Source of the DNA: a virus
DNA length: 64,000 nt
Virus record (IMG/VR): IMGVR_UViG_3300028844_005117
Coordinates: 8,683 to 72,682 of that record
Reading direction: 5' to 3' (one strand)
Positions 28,079-37,914 of this stretch are shown here, piece by piece. Every line of letters begins with the position of its first letter. Position 1 is the first letter of the stretch. A model generated the notes under the pieces. That model saw only the letters and a list, made by a program, of their open reading frames with translations, had not been told where the DNA came from and made no database searches. Position numbers and translations under genes: made by a program.

Positions 28079-29848
28079 ATGTCAAATTCACAATTATTAA
28101 ATTCTGGGCAAATTGGAAACATCGGATTAAACCACATGAAGGCTATCCGTCAACAAACCCAACAAAAGTGGAACTCTTTAGGATTCTTAGAAGGTCTTAA
28201 AGGTCATGTTAAGGAGAACATCGCTCAGTTATATGAGAACGAAGCTTCTTACCTATTAAACGAAGCTACTTCTGCGGCTGATTCATCTGGTTCTTTCGAG
28301 ACAGTTGTATTCCCAATCGTAAGAAGAGTATTCTCTAAGTTGTTAGCAAACGATATCGTTTCTGTACAAGCAATGAACATGCCTATCGGTAAATTGTTCT
28401 TCTTCGTACCTCAAACGTCTTCAAGAGTTGATTCAACTGGTGCGGCTGGTAACGTACATTCTGATGCAGTATTCTCTGCACATACAGGAATGGGTGACCA
28501 ACTTCCAGATTGCGTTAACGCTTTATGTACTGTAACTCAGTATGAAGCTAAGAACTTATACGATATCTATTATAATGATGGATTATTCGATAACTCTAAA
28601 GGAACTGCTACTATTACTATAATGGATGCTATTCCTGTAGCAATGGACTCAAACGGAGAATTCTCTGAAAACGGTTCACCAGCTGCATCTACTGATGGTT
28701 CATACAGAAATGTTATGTTAAGAATCTCTGGATTCTCTTCAACTAATAAAGGTAGATTAACTGGACCAGATGGTAATGAAATGGACACGGAAGGATTCCT
28801 TGCGTCTCTTAAAGTTACTTCTGCATTGCCACTTACTGACCCAGATGGTAACGTTATCGTTCCAGCTGCTGGTGAGGTACCATTTAGATTAGTTACTCAA
28901 AAGTATGGTAAAGGAATCGTTACTTATGACGATATCTGTGACGCTGCTGGTGAGTTATATATAGAATTAGATATGAGTCACCCAGTTGCACAAGGTGGTA
29001 CTGCTACATTCGACGGTTACGTTGGGTCTACAGCATCTACTTATGCTTCTACAGCGTTTGACGCTTCATGGGCAACTTATGCTAGTCTTGAATTAGAAAC
29101 AGAAATGGGAGAGGTATCTTTCAAACTTGATGAAGTTGTTGTTTCAGTTGAAGAAAGAAAATTAAGAGCTACATGGTCTCCAGAATTAGCGCAAGATGTT
29201 AGTGCATTCCACAACATTGATGCTGAGGCTGAATTAACGGCTATGTTATCAGAGCAAGTTGCTGCTGAGATTGATAGAGAAATCTTGAGAGACCTTAGAA
29301 AAGCTGCTGCTTGGACTCTTAGATGGGATTATAATGGATGGAGAAAGACTTCTCAAGCGTCTAACGCTTACACACAGAAGGATTGGAACCAAACTTTAAT
29401 CACTAAAGTTAACCAATTATCAGCGCAAATTCACAAAGCGACATTAAGAGGTGGTGCAAACTACATCGTTGTTTCTTCTGAAATCTCTGCTGTATTCAAT
29501 GATTTGGAGTACTTCCACGTAAGTGATGCTTCTCCAGAGCAAGACCAATATAACATGGGTATCGAAAGAATCGGTTCTCTTGGTGGTAGATTCCAAGTAT
29601 ACGCTGACCCGTATTCTCCATGGTACTCTATGATTATCGGTCATAAAGGAAAGTCACTTCTTGACACAGGGTATATCTATGCTCCATATGTGCCATTACA
29701 ATTGACACCTACAATGTATAACCCGTTCAACTTCGCTCCAGTGAAGGGTATTATGACTCGTTATGCTAAGAAAGTGGTAAACAACAGATTCTACGGACAC
29801 GTAAGATGTGATGGTGTTCCTCACTTTAACATTGATGAATTAAGATAG
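28079..29848 (+). CDS. major capsid protein (T4 gp23-like)
   Basis: VRRVF...VSVQAM, RKLRATWSPELAQD, EIDREI, YAPYVPL, GIMTRY. Confidence 0.97.
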   Translation: MSNSQLLNSGQIGNIGLNHMKAIRQQTQQKWNSLGFLEGLKGHVKENIAQLYENEASYLLNEATSAADSSGSFETVVFPIVRRVFSKLLANDIVSVQAMNMPIGKLFFFVPQTSSRVDSTGAAGNVHSDAVFSAHTGMGDQLPDCVNALCTVTQYEAKNLYDIYYNDGLFDNSKGTATITIMDAIPVAMDSNGEFSENGSPAASTDGSYRNVMLRISGFSSTNKGRLTGPDGNEMDTEGFLASLKVTSALPLTDPDGNVIVPAAGEVPFRLVTQKYGKGIVTYDDICDAAGELYIELDMSHPVAQGGTATFDGYVGSTASTYASTAFDASWATYASLELETEMGEVSFKLDEVVVSVEERKLRATWSPELAQDVSAFHNIDAEAELTAMLSEQVAAEIDREILRDLRKAAAWTLRWDYNGWRKTSQASNAYTQKDWNQTLITKVNQLSAQIHKATLRGGANYIVVSSEISAVFNDLEYFHVSDASPEQDQYNMGIERIGSLGGRFQVYADPYSPWYSMIIGHKGKSLLDTGYIYAPYVPLQLTPTMYNPFNFAPVKGIMTRYAKKVVNNRFYGHVRCDGVPHFNIDELR

Positions 29849-29874
29849 TAGTATCTTATATAAAATATAACACT

Positions 29875-29903
29875 AAAGCCTTAACGAAAGTTAGGGCTTT
29901 TTT
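29875..29903 (+). terminator. intrinsic terminator after major capsid (GAAA loop)
   Basis: aaagccttaac-gaaa-gttagggcttt followed by Ts. Confidence 0.85.
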
Positions 29904-29910
29904 GTGTTTA

Positions 29911-30204
29911 TTACATTCCTACATCACTAGGTGATATATAAGGGTGTCTTAGAGGCATTTCATAGTTCTCACCAGCTTGAACACATAGTCCAGCAATCTT
30001 TCTAAGGTATTCCATTGCACCCTCATGTGGTTCAGAACCGTGATACCAAGCCTTTCTAGCTAAGTCAAGGTTATATTGAATAGCAGATAATGTATCTCCA
30101 ACATGGAGTTCCTTAATCATATCTGGACGGTCATCTCTTAAAGTCATTTCGTTCTGAAAATCTCTTTCAGTATCGATTACTTCATATACTTCACTTCTAT
30201 CCAT
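29911..30204 (-). CDS. hypothetical protein, possibly MazG-like helical fold
   Basis: 97 aa; LRKIAGLCVQAGE helix. Confidence 0.6.
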   Translation of the reverse strand: MDRSEVYEVIDTERDFQNEMTLRDDRPDMIKELHVGDTLSAIQYNLDLARKAWYHGSEPHEGAMEYLRKIAGLCVQAGENYEMPLRHPYISPSDVGM

Positions 30205-30428
30205 TATGCTTGTTTAACTAATTTGTATTTAGCGTAATGAATCTTATCACCAAATTTATTTACTCCTTCTACAACCTCAGTAGTAATCTCATGTCCATCT
30301 TTCTTCAATGAGAAGATGGTTGCAGCCAATCTAGTATTACCTAATTCATTGATTGCATACCATGGAGAAATTGTTCTTCCATTCTGCATTGAATCTAATA
30401 CTCTTTGCTTGTGTGTTACTTTTGCCAT
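30204..30428 (-). CDS. winged helix-turn-helix protein
   Basis: G.TIS...A...LG..RLAATI..LK..GH.I.T pattern; TTTG-N20-TATATTTG promoter at 30491-30460. Confidence 0.75.
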   Translation of the reverse strand: MAKVTHKQRVLDSMQNGRTISPWYAINELGNTRLAATIFSLKKDGHEITTEVVEGVNKFGDKIHYAKYKLVKQA

Positions 30429-30494
30429 AATTTTAATTGTTAATTAATTATTTAGATTACAAATATACGAAATACTTTTTAATAAAACAAATAA

Positions 30495-30629
30495 TTATTT
30501 ATCTTTTTTTAATGAATTTATAAATGCTCTAATTTCTGCACCTAATGACATATCGTTAGGGTTTTTATCAGCTAAGGCTTTGATTGCTGAAATACATTCG
30601 TTAACAATAAATGATTCTTTAGTTTTCAT
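30495..30629 (-). CDS. small hypothetical protein (44 aa, not in ORF track)
   Basis: MKTKESFIV...NPNDMSLGAEIR...KDK*; late motif at 30644-30651. Confidence 0.55.
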   Translation of the reverse strand: MKTKESFIVNECISAIKALADKNPNDMSLGAEIRAFINSLKKDK

Positions 30630-30660
30630 AATATTCAATTTTATATAAATATACAAATAA

Positions 30661-30691
30661 AAAACGGGAAATGCAATGCAAATCCCGTTTA
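30661..30691 (-). terminator. intrinsic terminator
   Basis: aaacggga...tcccgttt stem with A-run on the + strand. Confidence 0.55.
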
Positions 30692-30721
30692 ATTATAGTT
30701 AACTCTTTAGTTTAGTTTTTA

Positions 30722-31717
30722 TTAAGCTCTAGTTCCACAAGATGGACAGAACTTAAAATTTGGTTTTTGTTTATTACCGCACTTGGTACAGTATCTTTTG
30801 ACTTGTACGTCATTAACCGTATTAACCTTTTGTGATAGTGGTAACATCTTATACTTAATGGTATGGAACGGAGAACTTTCCCAGTTCATATATACCGTTT
30901 CAAGTGTTTGGTCAGAACTAGAACCCATCTCAACTCTACCAGTCTCAATTGACTTCTTAGACCTTTTAGATTTTAAACGTTTCTTAAGTTGTGAACGACC
31001 ACTTTCTTTTTGGTCTCTAGTAGAAGTCTTAACTTCCCTAAGTGGACTATTAAGTATTTCTCTACTATATTCTTGGTCCATCCAATCCAAAGTAACTTCA
31101 CCGTTGGTGGTTGTTGTATTAGAGATTGAAGTTAAACCAAGTGTACCATCATTAATAGCACCCATTAATGGTACATCAGTAGCGTGATAATTTGTGTTGA
31201 TGTTGTCAGCACTTAAATTGAATGTACTACGCTTAGTACCAGTATTTTCTCTTATATTCGGACCACCAAATGTATTGGTAAGAGTATGTGGATAATTATA
31301 CCAAGTAGTAGTATTACCACCACCTAAAAAGGTTGATGTGTGGGTGATACTAAGTTCTTTATAGAACTCCACATTAAAATCTCCATTGTCTTCAATTGCT
31401 TTTCTCGTCTCAGACGTGTTTGCAACCTCGTACGTGTCGAATTTAAACTTTCTTGCTACATCGATGTATCTATCAAGAAAAACTCGCTGTGCTGGCTTTA
31501 AAACAAGCCCACCTTGTGCGATTGGTTTTCCGTTTAGGGAAATCTTTGCTAAGATTGTGTCTTTAGTTGGATTAAATAGTTCGATTTGGAACTCTTGCCC
31601 TTTTGTTAGATAGTAAGTTGGGACTTCTGAATTCTTACCATAAACTTTCATCCTACTTTTGTTGATAGCTAGATTAGCTGTGGGCGTAGGTATCCCTTGT
31701 TTTGTTTGTTTGTACAT
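30722..31717 (-). CDS. protein with C-terminal double zinc ribbon
   Basis: YCTKCG...FCPSCG at the C-terminus. Confidence 0.85.
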   Translation of the reverse strand: MYKQTKQGIPTPTANLAINKSRMKVYGKNSEVPTYYLTKGQEFQIELFNPTKDTILAKISLNGKPIAQGGLVLKPAQRVFLDRYIDVARKFKFDTYEVANTSETRKAIEDNGDFNVEFYKELSITHTSTFLGGGNTTTWYNYPHTLTNTFGGPNIRENTGTKRSTFNLSADNINTNYHATDVPLMGAINDGTLGLTSISNTTTTNGEVTLDWMDQEYSREILNSPLREVKTSTRDQKESGRSQLKKRLKSKRSKKSIETGRVEMGSSSDQTLETVYMNWESSPFHTIKYKMLPLSQKVNTVNDVQVKRYCTKCGNKQKPNFKFCPSCGTRA

Positions 31718-31745
31718 AATTTACTTTTTAATATATGTTATTATC

Positions 31746-31806
31746 GTACCAATCTTTTTACTTCCTAAAAAGTTCTAAAGCCAAATGAATGACTCAAGAC
31801 TAATAC
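31746..31806 (-). promoter_or_regulatory. candidate structured 5' leader RNA (three-way junction)
   Basis: three nested stems between a TTGACT...TATATT promoter and ATG 31717. Confidence 0.4.
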
Positions 31807-31878
31807 TAGAGTTAACTTGCACTAATATACTACAACACTTAAATAAGTCAAGTAAAAAATTAAATTATTTTTGGGTGA

Positions 31879-32121
31879 TTACATGTAAGCCCCGTCTGGT
31901 GTGTTATTCGGACCATCAAGATTTCTACCTTTTTTTCTTAGACCATCTTGAAAGACTTTAATTAATTGTGGTGGCATTTCTTCTTTACCACCTAAGTCGT
32001 AATCGATTAAGTCACATAACATACCTAATACCTCATGTTCAGTAAATGTAACTGGTGATGGAAGACTCTCATTTAGGAGTCTTTTATTTGCTACTTCTAT
32101 TAATCTTTTTTTTGTGCTCAT
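31879..32121 (-). CDS. hypothetical protein
   Basis: 80 aa; LLNE motif near the N-terminus. Confidence 0.65.
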   Translation of the reverse strand: MSTKKRLIEVANKRLLNESLPSPVTFTEHEVLGMLCDLIDYDLGGKEEMPPQLIKVFQDGLRKKGRNLDGPNNTPDGAYM

Positions 32122-32122
32122 A

Positions 32123-33523
32123 TTATTGTGAAATTCTTAAATTACTTTCACTTACAATGTCGAATGAAATAGTATCCTTAATGGTTGTTACTTCATTGTT
32201 TGATGATACCTTAACGTCTAAGTAATATGTGTTAGGGATAAGACTCTCAGTGTGTAGTAAGAAGTAATTAGCATTGTTTGACATCTCCACATCTTGGAAG
32301 TCAATTACTGTTAATTCATTTCTACCTTCTTTAACATAAAGTCTGTATTGCATACCGTTTACCAATTCTGTTTGGTTGGTTGTGTATGGGATTCTAGCTG
32401 ATACATTTACACGTCTAATATCACCCCTTTTGATTCTCTCATCTCTTCTGATACCAGATACGTTGAAAGCGTACTTCTTAGGTGAATTATTGTTATCACC
32501 AATATTGTAATATTCATTACCATCAACCAAAGGAATATCTAGTATAATATCTGGTCTAGTAACACCATTGATGGTGATATTACTCCATACGTCAGTGAAT
32601 ATACCACAGTCAGTAGTAGCACTAGATGAAGGGATGATTGCATCAATACAATAAACACCCTTTGTTACATGTGTTACATTGGTAATACTTGAATATACAA
32701 CATCATTATCATCCTTAATCTGTACAGTTGGTAGAGAATCAAGGTTAGTTGGTTCACCTCCTATATTCACATATAAATAAAGTTTATTATTCTTATCTAA
32801 ATAAAAGTTTGACCTATCATCATTAATATGACAATCGTATACAGTTTCTACATATGGTTCATAGAATGTTTGCGTGTGTCTTGTAAAGAACCCAACATAT
32901 TGTGGGTTTACAGTATCAGTAACCTCGAATGGTCTAGAATATGCAATACCTAATCCGTAATTTGTATCACCCGTTAAGTATCCGTTTACGATATCAGAAA
33001 TATCTAAACTAATATTTTCATTACCCTTATCAAAGTGTATTGTTGCTAATGCTGTTGTACTACCAGTATATGTACCATTACCACCAGACCAAGGTACTAA
33101 TGATTGTGCCTCAGTCCAATTAGATGGTGCTGAACTAGTAGATGAACCACCACCTATGAAGTTACAGTCACCATAATCATAACCACATCCTTCATCCCAA
33201 GTTTGGTCCATTGAGAATAAAATAAGGTCAAATGAACAACTTCTATCTTTACCATCACATGTTGTACTACCTAAAAGTTCTAAGTCAAAGGCACCAGTGT
33301 TGGTTAAATTAAGTGTGTGTTTAAGTTTTGTGATGTCAGCGTATGTACCACCAGTATATAAAGTTTTTAGGGTAGTTTCATCGAAATAGAATAAAAATCT
33401 ACTGTACTGATTAGCAGCACCAGTCCCACCGTAAAATAATTCAGTTACAGGGTTTAGTCCAGTATTAGTTAAACTGTTATATACTATTGTATTGTTTTTA
33501 TCAAAATAAGTGCGTACTACCAT
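32123..33523 (-). CDS. probable virion structural (baseplate/tail-associated) protein
   Basis: 466 aa, beta-rich, late motif at 33537-33544, next to a gp5-like gene. Confidence 0.6.
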   Translation of the reverse strand: MVVRTYFDKNNTIVYNSLTNTGLNPVTELFYGGTGAANQYSRFLFYFDETTLKTLYTGGTYADITKLKHTLNLTNTGAFDLELLGSTTCDGKDRSCSFDLILFSMDQTWDEGCGYDYGDCNFIGGGSSTSSAPSNWTEAQSLVPWSGGNGTYTGSTTALATIHFDKGNENISLDISDIVNGYLTGDTNYGLGIAYSRPFEVTDTVNPQYVGFFTRHTQTFYEPYVETVYDCHINDDRSNFYLDKNNKLYLYVNIGGEPTNLDSLPTVQIKDDNDVVYSSITNVTHVTKGVYCIDAIIPSSSATTDCGIFTDVWSNITINGVTRPDIILDIPLVDGNEYYNIGDNNNSPKKYAFNVSGIRRDERIKRGDIRRVNVSARIPYTTNQTELVNGMQYRLYVKEGRNELTVIDFQDVEMSNNANYFLLHTESLIPNTYYLDVKVSSNNEVTTIKDTISFDIVSESNLRISQ

Positions 33524-33554
33524 CTTCTTCTTTTATTATAAATACCTATAAATG

Positions 33555-34550
33555 TTAGTTAATACGTATGTTTTTAGATAATATTTGAGCTAAATCATAC
33601 TCATTCATATTTTGAATTGCAACAGCAGCGTCAGATTGACCTTCGGAGTGTGCTGGTAGACCTGGGTACTTATGGTTATGATTACCAACAGCAACTTTAA
33701 CCAATTCAAGAAATTCAAGAAGTTTATCACCGAATACCAATGGGTGTGCTTCCTCTAAAATCCTTTGCATTTCTTTATCACTAATCAAGTTATCTTGGTT
33801 GGTTAAATTGAATCTAGGTTCACCCTCTTTATGTGTTAATAAGTTTATCTTGTTTGATACTACATTAGTTATCGTACCAAATTCTTTAGAGTCATTTTCA
33901 TCCTCTGGAACATTTATTTGAGCATTATATTTAACTTGGATAAATCCTTGAGTTCTTGAATTAAACTTATAATTTAATTTATTATCAAATTCATCATCAC
34001 TACGACTATTATTAGCGTTATCTTCTGGGAATACAAATTTACCAGCCCTAATAAGAACTTCATCATCTTTAAGGATTAAATCTGAATTCTTTCTTCCTTG
34101 AATAGCTATGTCTGCCTTATCTGGATAACCACCCTTAATTTTTCTCCTTTGTGTTGGTGCTGGTCCTAATTTCCTTGAACCGAATGAAAAGGCATTCCAA
34201 GCTTCTAATTGATGGTCTGCATCATACAAGTCTTGTGGTTGACTCACAATTGGTCCCATATACATAGTGTCTATGGTTTTATCATCACTATTAAAACTAA
34301 ATAATAGAACTGCTTCTTCAAGTTTTGGTACGATATTAAGGTGTTTAGGTAACATTGGAAAAGCAATAATAGTTTTGTTAGTATTGTCATCATTATCATC
34401 CTTATCGGTTCCTTGAATCCTAACTTGTATTCTACCAGCATCATCTTTATCCACTATAGAGGTTACAATACCCCTTCTAATTAGAGGTATCCCATTTGGA
34501 CCTTGGTAAGCATTACCACCACTACGTGTATATTTTCCGTTAAAATACAT
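33555..34550 (-). CDS. baseplate hub/spike protein (gp5/gpV-like OB fold)
   Basis: GIVTSIVD...GRIQVRI...P..EEAVLL OB pattern; C-terminal HNH (HxH) metal motif. Confidence 0.65.
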   Translation of the reverse strand: MYFNGKYTRSGGNAYQGPNGIPLIRRGIVTSIVDKDDAGRIQVRIQGTDKDDNDDNTNKTIIAFPMLPKHLNIVPKLEEAVLLFSFNSDDKTIDTMYMGPIVSQPQDLYDADHQLEAWNAFSFGSRKLGPAPTQRRKIKGGYPDKADIAIQGRKNSDLILKDDEVLIRAGKFVFPEDNANNSRSDDEFDNKLNYKFNSRTQGFIQVKYNAQINVPEDENDSKEFGTITNVVSNKINLLTHKEGEPRFNLTNQDNLISDKEMQRILEEAHPLVFGDKLLEFLELVKVAVGNHNHKYPGLPAHSEGQSDAAVAIQNMNEYDLAQILSKNIRIN

Positions 34551-34771
34551 TATACCTCACCTTTTAATCTCTTAACAATTATTGCATTATCCTCATTGAA
34601 TCTAGATTCAATATCTTCCAACTTAGCAAAATCTTTCTTCATCTTAACTTTAAGTGCTTCAATTGTATCATAATCCTTAACTAAACTTAGTTTAAGATTT
34701 TCATGTTCTACCTGTAATTGTTTAATTTCAAGTAATATTTCGTTGTTTGACTTTTCTTCTAATCTACTCAT
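34550..34771 (-). CDS. coiled-coil hypothetical protein
   Basis: 73 aa, coupled to neighbouring genes. Confidence 0.7.
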   Translation of the reverse strand: MSRLEEKSNNEILLEIKQLQVEHENLKLSLVKDYDTIEALKVKMKKDFAKLEDIESRFNEDNAIIVKRLKGEV

Positions 34772-34775
34772 AACA

Positions 34776-35222
34776 TTATCTAATTATTCCGTTCGCCTCT
34801 TTATAGTTGGTTGTATAACCTTGTATTATTACTGGGGCACCGTAGTTACCAGCACCAACACCAGTTAATGAAATACCAGGTGGTACCACAATATCAACCT
34901 TAGCCTCAGTTTGTATCGAACTAACCATTTCCTCACACATAATAGTAATTAAACCTTCCATTGGGTTCTCACCATCACCCCAAATATCACCACTCGGTGC
35001 TCCAGCCTCTGATTGTCTAGATATAACCCTAGAAGCAATCTGTTTAGAGCTCATACCAGTTCTCATACTCCCACCAATCATAATCAATGGTGGTGGTAAT
35101 GGAGTTACTGGTTCTTGCGGCATAGTAAATGCTGCAAGTATTATCTGAATAATACTATTAATAGACCCCATGTCAACCGATGATTTTGGTCCAGCTTTCT
35201 GTGTACTTTTTTTATTACTCAT
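34776..35222 (-). CDS. hypothetical structural protein
   Basis: 148 aa, Pro/Gly motifs, in the baseplate operon. Confidence 0.75.
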   Translation of the reverse strand: MSNKKSTQKAGPKSSVDMGSINSIIQIILAAFTMPQEPVTPLPPPLIMIGGSMRTGMSSKQIASRVISRQSEAGAPSGDIWGDGENPMEGLITIMCEEMVSSIQTEAKVDIVVPPGISLTGVGAGNYGAPVIIQGYTTNYKEANGIIR

Positions 35223-36652
35223 TATAATCCTTGTATCATTCTTATCACTTCTTGTGGAACACCCACAAGACTTAGTATTTGAGCCACTTTAGCCTTCCCC
35301 TTTTCTTTTTGTATTTCACCTTGTGAAACCCCAACTAAAATCGTTATTTCTTTTAAAGCTTTGGTTAATAATATCTCAACAATTTCATTTCTAATTGTAT
35401 CTGCAACTACCTTAATAAGATTTTTATTTTGCTTCATGAAATCAATAGCATTTGTATAGGTTTCATTTGGACCATAAACTATCTTATAATTTATTAAAAA
35501 TATACTAATAATTTTAGGTGAAAGAATGAAGCTAACAATACTAGTTATTAGGTTCTCGATTAGATTCTCAATAAAATTTAATTCAAGTGTATGGGTATCT
35601 TTACTACTACTTGCTTGACCACCTATCTCACTAGATGCATTACTGATAGCATTATCAATAGCTACCTTTTGTTCTTGACTTGTTGTTGCACCACTAATTT
35701 CATTATTTATATTAACAATCGTATTTGGTGATATGCTAACGGGTAATCTACCACATGATTCAATAACCTTAATACCCTTCTGCCTAAGAGTTGCAGACTC
35801 TTCTTGTGTTGCAATCTCTTCGTTAGTAAAGGTAAAGAAAGAGTCATCAATCACATCATCGTCATCAGCATTTATAATAGACTTGATAATGTCTTTGATT
35901 TGTTCTTCTTTAGTTAATTGTTTTGTAGTCTTATTAAGTTGGACTGATATACTACCAAATATAGCATCTAAAATACCATTTAATAAATTCTTAGCATCAA
36001 ATAAATCAATAGAATCAATGAAAGTATTGTTAAACTCAGTTAACTTCTTATTATCAAAATCACTATTGGCGTTAAATGTAAGTGTATTGTTGGGTGTTGG
36101 GTCCACATTTACCGAATCAAATCTTATATCAAAGATGGATGGTGAATTTCCCCAAGTTTCTGGAACACCTTCATTTTGTATTGTACCATATAAAAATGTA
36201 TTATAATCGGTACTATTTGTTAATGGGTTTGCTGTTGTATCTGTGTATATAAAGGCACCCTCAGTTGTAGTTGGATTGGTTTTTAGTACATCAAAAAAAT
36301 CAATTTTATTAACCTCAGTGACAATACCTACACCACTAGATTTTATATACGCTGGGATAGATGGGTCAACACCACAATTAACCAATTCCTTAAGGGATTG
36401 TTTCATTACGGTTTTAATTTTTTCCTCCATCTCATCTAGATTAAAGGATAGGGTATCAACAATAACTTCACGCAAGTCTTCAAGACCAATTAATGACTTT
36501 AATAGGTCAACTAAGAATGCAACGCTATCCCCATCATTATTTATTGATGGGAAAGATGATGTAAGTGAATTTAAATCTGGTAACCCTTCACTCAATACTC
36601 TTGCAGCGGCAATGTTACCAAATACATCACTTTTTTGGTCAATTATCCCCAT
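35222..36652 (-). CDS. hypothetical structural protein
   Basis: 476 aa in a late operon. Confidence 0.8.
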   Translation of the reverse strand: MGIIDQKSDVFGNIAAARVLSEGLPDLNSLTSSFPSINNDGDSVAFLVDLLKSLIGLEDLREVIVDTLSFNLDEMEEKIKTVMKQSLKELVNCGVDPSIPAYIKSSGVGIVTEVNKIDFFDVLKTNPTTTEGAFIYTDTTANPLTNSTDYNTFLYGTIQNEGVPETWGNSPSIFDIRFDSVNVDPTPNNTLTFNANSDFDNKKLTEFNNTFIDSIDLFDAKNLLNGILDAIFGSISVQLNKTTKQLTKEEQIKDIIKSIINADDDDVIDDSFFTFTNEEIATQEESATLRQKGIKVIESCGRLPVSISPNTIVNINNEISGATTSQEQKVAIDNAISNASSEIGGQASSSKDTHTLELNFIENLIENLITSIVSFILSPKIISIFLINYKIVYGPNETYTNAIDFMKQNKNLIKVVADTIRNEIVEILLTKALKEITILVGVSQGEIQKEKGKAKVAQILSLVGVPQEVIRMIQGL

Positions 36653-36657
36653 AAGTA

Positions 36658-37053
36658 TTAGTTTTTATCTTGCTCGTTATTATCTTGTATATCTTGGTCT
36701 TTATTAAGCATTTCTCTAATACTCTTGAAGTCTTCTAAATTAGCTTTACCTTCCGACCTTTCGTCAACAGCCTTGTCTACATTACCACTATGCTTAATGA
36801 TATCACTTTGAAGTTTAGCAACCTCTAGTTTAATCTTGATAGCAGAATCTTTAACCTTCTGTGCATCAGTTTTACTCTTAGCTATCTTTGAAGCGTCTTC
36901 TACGTCCTCTGGGGTAGTAGATGCATCGATAACATTAATAGTCTTCTGTGCGTCAGTTATTTGTGAACACGCATCATTATATACCTCTTGCATTAGACCT
37001 TCTAATGAAGTGGAGTTGTTAACTTTAACTTGTTGTTTCTTTTTTCTTGGCAA
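36658..37053 (-). CDS. coiled-coil protein (TTG start)
   Basis: 131 aa MPRKKKQ...; late motif at 37121-37128. Confidence 0.7.
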   Translation of the reverse strand: MPRKKKQQVKVNNSTSLEGLMQEVYNDACSQITDAQKTINVIDASTTPEDVEDASKIAKSKTDAQKVKDSAIKIKLEVAKLQSDIIKHSGNVDKAVDERSEGKANLEDFKSIREMLNKDQDIQDNNEQDKN

Positions 37054-37128
37054 AATTTATAGTTTTTAATAATTATTAGTTTTATTGAGGTTTCCCTCAT
37101 AGACATAATATTCCTTTATTAATAAATA

Positions 37129-37914
37129 TCAACCATATGGGTTTTCCTCAAACCCGTCTTCAAGACCATCAAATTTTAATATATCATAGAGTATTCTATA
37201 TCTTTTCATAGACACTCTAATATCCTTAGTTGATAGTCTAGAACAGTTCCTCATGGTTTCGAGCCATTGGTTTTTATTGTATTTAGCACCACCCTTCATA
37301 TCATCGAAAACGGTTTCCCATTGTTCTAAGATATCAATTAGACAATAACCGACCTTTATCTCATTGTCAGTTAATTTTTTCTTGTCTGGATTAGTGTCCA
37401 ACATTTCGGCTTCAACCTCAATGATGATTTTATTAATAAAATCCTTCATATTAAGACCGTTACCGTCTAGTGAATAACTTAAATTACCATTTGATTCTAA
37501 CCTTTCGTAGTTCTCATCGAAGGACGCAAATTGTTTTAAATTTCTATCGTCTTTCTGGAGTATTCCTATCAAATAATTTTTAACTATAGTACCGTAGTAC
37601 GAGTAAGCTTTCTTTCCCTTTGACGGCTCAAATTTAGCCGCCTTGGTTATTAGAAATGAAATTGTATCAGTATGTGATTCCTCAAAGCTGATACCCTTTC
37701 TATGTAAACCATAAGTTCTGATAATCGACTCAACCATTTTATTGATTGGATGATACAGAAACTTATTATAAATCATGTTTCTCTCTATTTGGTCGTCAGA
37801 TTCTAAAAATCTAACTACCGCTTCTTCTTGCTCTGGACCGAAATACAAATCATTTTTCCTTTTCCTACCCCTTTTTTTAGGTTCAGAATTGGGTTTGTTT
37901 TCAGCTTTTCCCAT
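37129..37914 (-). CDS. phage sigma factor, T4 gp55-like late sigma
   Basis: region-2-like KFEPSKGKKAYSYYGTIVKNYL; N-terminal YF motif. Confidence 0.7.
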   Translation of the reverse strand: MGKAENKPNSEPKKRGRKRKNDLYFGPEQEEAVVRFLESDDQIERNMIYNKFLYHPINKMVESIIRTYGLHRKGISFEESHTDTISFLITKAAKFEPSKGKKAYSYYGTIVKNYLIGILQKDDRNLKQFASFDENYERLESNGNLSYSLDGNGLNMKDFINKIIIEVEAEMLDTNPDKKKLTDNEIKVGYCLIDILEQWETVFDDMKGGAKYNKNQWLETMRNCSRLSTKDIRVSMKRYRILYDILKFDGLEDGFEENPYG

